64,000 nt of DNA from Myxococcales bacterium (GTDB taxonomy: Bacteria > Desulfobacterota > Binatia > HRBIN30). This document shows, in pieces, positions 57,137 through 64,000 of this stretch. The stretch spans positions 128,001 through 192,000 of the forward strand of contig JBBILD010000004.1 in the NCBI GenBank assembly GCA_037445065.1, in the 5' to 3' direction. The notes beneath the pieces are model-generated. The model was given only the letters and a program-made list of their open reading frames with translations. It searched no databases and was not told the DNA's origin. Position 1 is the stretch's first letter. Each line of letters begins with the position of its first letter. Made by a program: the position numbers and the translations under genes.

Positions 57137-58177
57137 TCACGGCAAGAAATGAAAGCCGAGGTCGAGAGCGCCGGTGTCTCGGCCGAGCCCGGTGGTCGTG
57201 CGGTCGCGGAGGATGCGCCGCAACTCGACGCGGTCGTTGAGCGGATCGCCCGCGTCAAGCGCCGGGCTAGCCGCACGAAGTCGGAAGTCCCCGGTGATCG
57301 GATCGGCAAACAGCGCGTCGCGGGCGATATCGTGCGGCCCTTGCACAGTTGCAGGCGAATACGTGGGCGGAAATACCAGGTTGAAGTCGCCGCGAAAATC
57401 GGCCGTGCTCGGCGGTGAGGTGCTGACCTTGATATTTTCCGTGACTCCTGGGTTCAGCGCGTTTTGCTGCACGATGTTATTGAGCACGAGCGCCCCGGGA
57501 GATGCTTGCTGCGAGTTGCCGATCTCGATGCCTCGCCCACCGTTGCCGAAAATCGTATTGTGCAGAATCTGAGCGTTGCGCGAGCCGCCGCTGGTTCCCC
57601 CGATCCGAACTCCGGTGCCGCCGTTTCCCGTGATCAGATTATTGAACACGAGGACGCCTGCTGAATCGGTGACCCGCACGCCTTCGCCTGGGTTTGCCAC
57701 GATCGTACAGTTGCGCACCACGGCGCTGTCGCTGCCACTCTTGAACGCCACGGCGGCGTCCGCCGCTCCGGTGATGGTAAAGCCGTCCACAATGGTTCCA
57801 TCCGAGTTTGCCAAGCTAAAGCCGGCCGCTCCCTGCTGGTTGCGCAGGTCGATCACCACCCGGCCCTGCGCAAGGAAGGTGAGTCGCTTGGGGGCTTGGC
57901 CCACAGCGGCGGTGGTGACTGGGTCGCGATACGTGCCGGGGGCGACGATGATCGTGTAGTCGTCGCGGGCAATCTGTGCTGCGCGGCGGATCGAGGCCAG
58001 CGGAACAGACGGATCGGCGCCGGAATTGCTGTCGCTGCCGATTGGGCTCACGTAACAAATCTTGTCTGCCCCGTTGCACGGCGGCGGAGCGGGCAACACC
58101 AAATCACCTCCGCCCCCACAGGCATGGGCTGCCAGGGACACGACGGCCAAGAACCATTTACCGCGAGGAGAGCGCAT
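57137..58177 (-). CDS. Right-handed parallel beta-helix lipoprotein (DUF1565/pectin-lyase-like)
   Basis: Lipobox AHAC-GGGG, YVSPIGSDSNSG, VAPGTY, repeated N.I.GN.G.G and DFRLRAASPALDAG; start trimmed to ATG 58177. Confidence 0.78.
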   Translation of the reverse strand: MRSPRGKWFLAVVSLAAHACGGGGDLVLPAPPPCNGADKICYVSPIGSDSNSGADPSVPLASIRRAAQIARDDYTIIVAPGTYRDPVTTAAVGQAPKRLTFLAQGRVVIDLRNQQGAAGFSLANSDGTIVDGFTITGAADAAVAFKSGSDSAVVRNCTIVANPGEGVRVTDSAGVLVFNNLITGNGGTGVRIGGTSGGSRNAQILHNTIFGNGGRGIEIGNSQQASPGALVLNNIVQQNALNPGVTENIKVSTSPPSTADFRGDFNLVFPPTYSPATVQGPHDIARDALFADPITGDFRLRAASPALDAGDPLNDRVELRRILRDRTTTGLGRDTGALDLGFHFLP

Positions 58178-58508
58178 GCGCTGGCACCTGCGATAACCGC
58201 GTATCATGCTGTGCTGGCGCTCTCCAGTAGGGTTTGTAGACCCCAATGGGGAACCTGGATCAGCAACCTGAATTCCATGCAGCAGTTCCGTCCGCCGTGC
58301 TGGCCTCGCGGCCCCCCGCCTCCCCTGCGTCACTGCCCCGCGCCGCTTCCGAGGCAGGGCGGAAACGAGCGGCAGGCGGGGGCAACTACGCGGCAGCGGC
58401 AGCCCGGACAAGGTGCCCGTCAAACCCTTTGCGGCGAGAAGCCGAAGGGTTGCCGTGCGCGAGGCGGCATGCCACTGCCTGTGTCGTTCGCGTCTGGGCT
58501 CGGGAGGA

Positions 58509-61259
58509 TTAGAGGCTCGATACCGGTGCGAGGCGCCGTTCTGGGCGGAGCGTTGCGCGGCGTTGGCGCCATTTCTTTTCCAGCGCGACCACCAGCGCCG
58601 CTCCAAGACCGATTACGACCGTGCGCAACCAGGCCGCAACCGACAGCGGTGCGGTGTGGAACAGGGCGTTGACGGGCGGCCAGTGGGCGAACAGAAGCTG
58701 CAAGAGGACGATGGCGACCACGCCCGAGTTGGCCCACGGGTTGGAAAACAACCCCACGCTCCACACCGATCCACGCAGGCGCCTGCAGTTGAACAAGTAG
58801 AACAGCTCCACCATTACAATCACGTTGGCAGCAGCGGTGCGCGCTTCCGCTTGCGGGGCGCCGGATGAGAGTTCCCACAAGAACACGCTGAACCCGCCCG
58901 CTAGCATCAGGGCGGCCACCAAGACGATGCGCAGCAGCAGCTCTCGGGTGAGAATCGGTTGCGCAGGATCCCGCGGCGGCCGCTGCATGATATCCGGCTC
59001 CTTGGGCTCGAAGGCCAGCATCAAGCCCAGGCAGATCGCCGTGGTCATGTTGATCCACAGGATCTGTACAGGCAGCACCGGGAGTGCCGTGCCGAGAGCG
59101 ATGGCTGCCAACAAAATCAAACCCTCCCCCATGTTGGTCGGCAGGGTCCACACGATGAATTTCGTGAGATTGTCAAAGACCGCACGTCCCTCTTCGACCG
59201 CCGCAACGATAGAGCGGAAGTTGTCATCAGTCAGCACCATGGCGGCGGCCTCTTTCGCCACCTCGGTGCCGCTCCCCATGGCTACCCCAATGTCGGCTTG
59301 GCGCAGAGCCGGGGCGTCGTTTACTCCGTCGCCGGTCATTGCCACGACGTGGCCGCGTTCCTGGAAGGCCCGCACTAAACGCAGCTTTTGCTCAGGAAGC
59401 ACGCGGGCGAAGACGTGGGTTTGCTCGACCACCTGTGGGAGCCTCGCGTCGTCAATGCGCGCGAGCTCTCTGCCTGTGAGGACAGCGGACTCGCTGTCCG
59501 CTGCACTCATGAGTCCGAGTTTGTAGGCAATCCCTCTGGCTGTGGCCGCATGGTCGCCGGTGACCATCTTCACTAGGATGCCAGCTTGACGGCAGGCTCG
59601 CACCGAGGCGATGGCTTCTTCGCGCGGCGGGTCGAGCATTCCCTGCAACCCGAGAAACACCAAATCGCTTACCTGGTCATGGCTGAGGATCGCGGGCTGC
59701 GCGCGCAATTTGCGGCGCGCAAAAGCCAGGACGCGCAGGCCTTTGGCGGCAAGCGTCTCCGCTGCCTGAAGGATCTCTGTTGGCTCGATCCGCTGTTCCG
59801 CGCCGTTTTCGTCCAAGGCCGCTGTGCATCGCGGGGCCAGGGCCTCGGCGGCGCCTTTGACGTAGAGGACGAGTTCCCCGCTCGGCGTGCGATGCAACGT
59901 TGCCATGTATTGCCGGCTCGAATCGAACGGCAGTACCTCGAGGCGCGGATACTGTCCCCGCACAGCGCCCGCCTCGATCCCCGCTTTCATCGCGCACACC
60001 AACAGCGCTCCCTCGGTGGGATCGCCGATCACTTGCCAGCCGCCTTCGCGTATGAGACTCGCTTCGTTGCAGAGGGTTCCAGCGAGCAGGCACTCGGTCA
60101 ACGCTGAACCCGCTCGGCTGACAGGACAACCGCTCTCCTCATCGAGGATTTCCCCGCGCGGCTCGTACCCGGAGCCGGTGACCGCGAAGGGTTTGCCGCC
60201 GGCCACGACCGCTTGGACCGTCATTTTGTTTTCCGTCAGCGTGCCGGTTTTGTCGGAACAAATCACGGTGGTGCTGCCCAGAGTCTCGACCGCGGGAAGC
60301 TTGCGGATAATCGCGTTGCGACGTGCTATACGTGCCACCCCAATGGCAAGGGTGACAGTGACCGCCGCGGGAAGCCCTTCTGGGATGGCCCCTACCGCAA
60401 GCGCCACGGCTGCCAGAAACACCTCGACCGCGGGTTGCTGGCGCCACAGACCGAGGGCGAAGGTGAGGGCTGCCAGGCCCAGGATCACCGCTGTAAGCTG
60501 CTTGCTGAAGCGCGCGATCTTACGCATGAGCGGCGTTTGCAGAGAGACCGCCTCACCCATGAGTTGATGGATGCGCCCCAGCTCGGTGGCCGCCCCGGTA
60601 GCCACCACGATGCACGAGGCGTGTCCCGCGCTGACGAGGGTTCCAGAAAAAACCATGTTCACACGGTCTGGCACGTCCGTCTCGGGCGGAAGCTCGGTGG
60701 CTTGTTTGGCGACGGGCACCGACTCGCCCGTGAGCAGAGACTCGTCTACTTGCAGCTCGCGGCTCCACACCACGCGCGCATCGGCGGGAACTTTGTCGCC
60801 CGGCTCGAGCAAGACGAGATCACCAGGGACGACTTGCGAGGAAGGAATCCGCCGGCGTTTGCCGTCGCGCACGACCGTGGTTTCGGTGCGCGTGTAGCGT
60901 TGGAGGGCCTCCAAGGCGCGCTCGGCGCGCCATTCTTGCACGAAGCCAACGACGGCGTTCACCAACACGACTCCGAAAATCACACTCGAGTCGGGAAGCT
61001 CGCCGAGCAGCAGTGTGATCAGCCCCGCTGCGAGGAGCACGTAAATGAGCGGGTGGTGAAATTGCAGGAGGAATCGTACGAGTGGTCCGTGCCGCCGCAC
61101 GCGCGGGAGTTCGTTCGGGCCCAATTGCGCCAGCCGAGCCCGCGCGGCTTCTTCACGCAGTCCGTGTGTACGGTCGCTCTCGAGCAGCAACAATAGCTCG
61201 TGCAGGGGTAGATGGTGGGCGTGGGGGTGAACGGTTCGGCCGAGGCTGCGCTGGCTCAT
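58509..61259 (-). CDS. Cation-transporting P-type ATPase (type II, CtpF/Ca2+-ATPase-like)
   Basis: Motifs TGES, AIPEGL, DKTGT, KGA, TGDH, GDGVND and QILWINMTTA. Confidence 0.96.
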   Translation of the reverse strand: MSQRSLGRTVHPHAHHLPLHELLLLLESDRTHGLREEAARARLAQLGPNELPRVRRHGPLVRFLLQFHHPLIYVLLAAGLITLLLGELPDSSVIFGVVLVNAVVGFVQEWRAERALEALQRYTRTETTVVRDGKRRRIPSSQVVPGDLVLLEPGDKVPADARVVWSRELQVDESLLTGESVPVAKQATELPPETDVPDRVNMVFSGTLVSAGHASCIVVATGAATELGRIHQLMGEAVSLQTPLMRKIARFSKQLTAVILGLAALTFALGLWRQQPAVEVFLAAVALAVGAIPEGLPAAVTVTLAIGVARIARRNAIIRKLPAVETLGSTTVICSDKTGTLTENKMTVQAVVAGGKPFAVTGSGYEPRGEILDEESGCPVSRAGSALTECLLAGTLCNEASLIREGGWQVIGDPTEGALLVCAMKAGIEAGAVRGQYPRLEVLPFDSSRQYMATLHRTPSGELVLYVKGAAEALAPRCTAALDENGAEQRIEPTEILQAAETLAAKGLRVLAFARRKLRAQPAILSHDQVSDLVFLGLQGMLDPPREEAIASVRACRQAGILVKMVTGDHAATARGIAYKLGLMSAADSESAVLTGRELARIDDARLPQVVEQTHVFARVLPEQKLRLVRAFQERGHVVAMTGDGVNDAPALRQADIGVAMGSGTEVAKEAAAMVLTDDNFRSIVAAVEEGRAVFDNLTKFIVWTLPTNMGEGLILLAAIALGTALPVLPVQILWINMTTAICLGLMLAFEPKEPDIMQRPPRDPAQPILTRELLLRIVLVAALMLAGGFSVFLWELSSGAPQAEARTAAANVIVMVELFYLFNCRRLRGSVWSVGLFSNPWANSGVVAIVLLQLLFAHWPPVNALFHTAPLSVAAWLRTVVIGLGAALVVALEKKWRQRRATLRPERRLAPVSSL

Positions 61260-61401
61260 TTGGAACTATGTCCCACGGGTGAGAGCGGGCGACAAGGCCG
61301 AATTCGGTAGTTGACCGCTGCGCCGTAGATGTTCATGCAAGGCAAACGCGCGAGAGAAACGTGCTCTGGCGCGGTGTCGAGTTGGTTCAGGAGCGAGGAC
61401 G

Positions 61402-62193
61402 ATGGGAAGATTCGAAGGAAAAGTGGGATTCGTTACCGGTGGCGGAACAGGCATTGGCTTGGCGTGCGCGAGAGAGATCGTCGCCGGCGGCGGTAAGGTG
61501 ATGCTCGCGGGGCGCAGGGAAGAGGTGCTGGCTTGCGCGGCGGCGGAGCTCGGAACGAGCGCAGCATGGGTGCGTTGCGATGTTACGGACGATGCCTCGG
61601 TCGAGCAGGCGGTCCACGCTGCGGTCGAGCGTTGGGGTGGGCTGCATGTGGCGGTGAACTCCGCCGGAATGGGGAGCATTGGCTCGGTGCTGAATGCGGA
61701 TTTCCAGGAAGTCGTGCGCACGATTGATACGAACCTCCTGGGAGTCTTTCGCTGCTTACGCCATGAAGCTTGCGCGATGAAGGCGAATGGCGGCGGCAGC
61801 ATCGTCAACATTAGCTCGATCGCCGCCGTTTTGACCCACCGCTGGATGACCGCGTACTGCGCTTCCAAGGCAGGGGTGGATATGTTGACTCGCTGCGCTG
61901 CAGATGACTTGGGCGAATACGGAATCCGTGTGAACTCGGTGCTGCCCAGCCTCGTAGACACGGAATTGGCCGCGCCGCTCGTGAATGTCGAGGAAGCCCG
62001 CCAGGACTACCTTGCCTGTATGCCAATTGCCAAGATCGGCAAACCGGAAGATGTGGGCAAATTGGTTGCCTTTTTGTTGAGCGACGACGCCAGTTGGATC
62101 AGCGGGCAGTGTATCCCGGTGGACGGCGGCCACACCCTGCGGCGGGGGCCCTATCTGGTGGAGCTGTTCAAGCCGTTCTTGCCGCCGGAGTGA
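61402..62193 (+). CDS. SDR-family oxidoreductase
   Basis: Motifs TGGGTGIG, VNSAG, NISS, YCASK and VDGG. Confidence 0.93.
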   Translation: MGRFEGKVGFVTGGGTGIGLACAREIVAGGGKVMLAGRREEVLACAAAELGTSAAWVRCDVTDDASVEQAVHAAVERWGGLHVAVNSAGMGSIGSVLNADFQEVVRTIDTNLLGVFRCLRHEACAMKANGGGSIVNISSIAAVLTHRWMTAYCASKAGVDMLTRCAADDLGEYGIRVNSVLPSLVDTELAAPLVNVEEARQDYLACMPIAKIGKPEDVGKLVAFLLSDDASWISGQCIPVDGGHTLRRGPYLVELFKPFLPPE

Positions 62194-62217
62194 GTTGCTG
62201 GGCGCGTCCTCGGTGTC

Positions 62218-62694
62218 TCAGGCGGCGCGAGCTTCGCGCACGGCCTTGAGCACTTGCTCGGGGTGTTTTTCCGCGTTGGCCACTTTGGCCCAATGCTTGC
62301 GCACTTTGCCATCTGGACCGATCCACACCGTGGAGCGAATCACCCCCACGGTTTTTTTCCCGTACATGGTCTTCTCCCCATAGGCGCCGTACTTTTTCAT
62401 GACTTTGAGATCAGGGTCGCAGAGCAACGGGAATGGCAAGCGGTATTTTTGCGCAAACTTACGGTGGGACTCGGCATCGTCTGGCGAAACGCCAATGACC
62501 TGCACGCCCAGTTTTTGCAGCTCTTTCCAGGCGTCGCGAAACCCACACGCCTCCTTCGTGCAACCGGGAGTGTCGTCCTTCGGGTAGAAGTACAAAACCA
62601 GGTCCTTCCCTGCGAAGTCAGCAAGGGAGACGCGGCGGCCCCCCGCGTCTTCGAGCGTGAAATCGGGTGCGGCTTTTCCTTCTTGAATCGCCAT
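62218..62694 (-). CDS. bcp: Thioredoxin-dependent peroxiredoxin Bcp
   Basis: Motif YFYPKDDTPGCTKEAC.FRD; start ATG 62694 after GAGGAGG. Confidence 0.95.
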   Translation of the reverse strand: MAIQEGKAAPDFTLEDAGGRRVSLADFAGKDLVLYFYPKDDTPGCTKEACGFRDAWKELQKLGVQVIGVSPDDAESHRKFAQKYRLPFPLLCDPDLKVMKKYGAYGEKTMYGKKTVGVIRSTVWIGPDGKVRKHWAKVANAEKHPEQVLKAVREARAA

Positions 62695-62785
62695 GTCCAC
62701 CTCCTCGCTCCCTTTCCTGCCACAGCGGGGAAACGAATCAAGGCGGTGCCGCTGTCGGGGCCAATGGAAGCTGGAGCAACCAGGG

Positions 62786-63994
62786 TTAATGCGGGTAGAG
62801 CAGAACGGATGCGCGTTCTTGCTCCCACCTTTGCTCGTCGGGCTGCGCAAGCGCGTCGAGATCGTGTGGGGTAGAAGCTGGGTCATCCACCCAGGCGCGA
62901 ACCTCCTCTCCGCCATGGATCAGGTCGATGGCCAGCCGCTCGTATTCGTACTCGTAGGGAAACTGGCGCCAGAGCGGATCGTGTGGGCGCAGGGAACGCA
63001 GGGCTTTGAGTAACAGGCAAACCAGCCGCCAAGGGCGGAAGCGCTCCGGATCGTACCAGGGTTCGTCTGTGTGAATGTGGATTCCCGCACAAAGGAGCCC
63101 GCTGTGCTTGTGAAAGGTAGGGCGAAAGTAACAGGGGCGAAGACGACACCCAGCAAGCCAAGCTGGAGCGAGCCGTTCCATGGTGGCTAAGAGCTGCGGA
63201 ACATCGAGTTCGGGAGCCCCGATGACTTCCAGCGGGCGAGTTGTACCGCGGCCTTCCGAGAGCACGGTTCCCTCGATCAGTACCGTTCCCGGGTAGCAGC
63301 GCGCCATCCACAGGTTGGGCGCGTTTGGGCTCGGGTTTACCCAGCTTCGGTCTCCTAACGGCCAACCGTACCCGGGACCCCGCTGTGGCTCCCACCCGCG
63401 CATGGGTACGACGTGGTAGTCGAGATCGAGTCGCAGGGTTCGGACGAACCACAGGCCCAATTCGCCGATGGTCAGCCCGTGTCGCAGAGGAAAATTGCCG
63501 GCCGCCACGAAACTCTCCCACCCGTCTTGCACGCCAGGTCCCTCGACGGTGCGTCCGATGGGGTTGGGGCGATCCAACACCCATACGCGCTTGCCCGCTC
63601 GGGCAGCTTCCTCCAGCACGTACCGTAAGGTGGTGACAAAGGTGTACACACGGCAGCCGAGGTCCTGCAGGTCCACCAACAACGTATCGAAACTGTCCAG
63701 CATCTCGGTCGTGGGACGGCGCGTCTTGCCGTACAAACTGAACACCGGGATGCGGTGCACCGGATCGAGGTAGTCGTCGGATTCTTCCATGTTGTCTTGT
63801 TTGTCCCCCCGCAGGCCGTGTTGGGGTCCGAAGGCCGCGGTCAAGCGAACGTTTGGTGAAGCGGCAAGAGCATCGAGGGTGTGCACCATCGTTTTGGTCA
63901 GCGAAGCTGGGTGGGCGAGGAGAGCAACGCGCTGCCCCGAAAGGCGCCGCTGCAAGGTGCGATCGGCGAGCAGGTGGTCAATCCCGAACTCCAT
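62786..63994 (-). CDS. namZ: DUF1343 / exo-beta-N-acetylmuramidase NamZ-family protein
   Basis: Motifs PQHG, SLYG, DLQDLGCRVYTF, LDRPNP, RHGLTIGEL, PSPN and SEGRGTTRP. Confidence 0.88.
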   Translation of the reverse strand: MEFGIDHLLADRTLQRRLSGQRVALLAHPASLTKTMVHTLDALAASPNVRLTAAFGPQHGLRGDKQDNMEESDDYLDPVHRIPVFSLYGKTRRPTTEMLDSFDTLLVDLQDLGCRVYTFVTTLRYVLEEAARAGKRVWVLDRPNPIGRTVEGPGVQDGWESFVAAGNFPLRHGLTIGELGLWFVRTLRLDLDYHVVPMRGWEPQRGPGYGWPLGDRSWVNPSPNAPNLWMARCYPGTVLIEGTVLSEGRGTTRPLEVIGAPELDVPQLLATMERLAPAWLAGCRLRPCYFRPTFHKHSGLLCAGIHIHTDEPWYDPERFRPWRLVCLLLKALRSLRPHDPLWRQFPYEYEYERLAIDLIHGGEEVRAWVDDPASTPHDLDALAQPDEQRWEQERASVLLYPH

Positions 63995-64000
63995 GCCCGC

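Noticed and set aside
58385..58460. c-di-GMP-I riboswitch (minus strand GGCAA...GCAAAG...GCTGCCG)
   Set aside because: It lacks the GNRA-capped P2 and the GACGCAAAGC junction; a simple hairpin explains the sequence.
1..64000. CRISPR arrays, rRNA, transposases, phage or defence genes
   Set aside because: None recognised; almost all sequence is accounted for by housekeeping, envelope, signalling and metabolic genes.

Overview
GC-rich bacterial chromosomal segment from a diderm (Tol-Pal, LPS heptose genes, lipoproteins). Gene content and style suggest a Deltaproteobacteria-like lineage such as Candidatus Binatia; this is inference and was not tested. It is densely coding, with about 57 CDS and one tRNA-Leu(GAG). 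I found no CRISPR array, rRNA, integrase or transposase. Left to right: part of a cfa-type lipid-modification cluster (running off the left edge); rluD-ribF; a complete tolQRAB-pal-cpoB cluster; pgk-tpiA-secG-tRNA-Leu; M16 peptidase-pnp-rpsO; an LPS/glycosyltransferase block; yicC; rlmI; an RRM protein; GST; an archaeal-type GlmU-like gene plus glmS; fhs; a five-gene two-component/sigma54 cluster; a GT-C-like membrane protein gene split by one in-frame TAG; a lipid/acyl-CoA catabolic region; an Fe-S aldo/keto reductase; feoAB; hydrolases; a P-type ATPase; bcp; and namZ. Most notable: (1) a kinase and sigma54 activator sit directly upstream of a -24/-12 promoter that heads a coupled operon of a pseudo-receiver, a receiver and a His-less pseudo-kinase; (2) the aldo/keto reductase has a 2TM-loop-RR-TM3 N-terminus resembling dual Sec/Tat-targeted proteins, framed by split CxxC motifs; (3) the RRM gene probably starts at AUU; (4) a DUF1295-DUF6134-like fusion was missed by the ORF track; (5) the GlmU-like protein has substitutions in both catalytic signatures; (6) there is an ACAD pair with one degenerate subunit; (7) a 127-bp intergenic element is closed by a perfect 14-bp inverted repeat. 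All family calls come from motif recognition by eye, without database searches.
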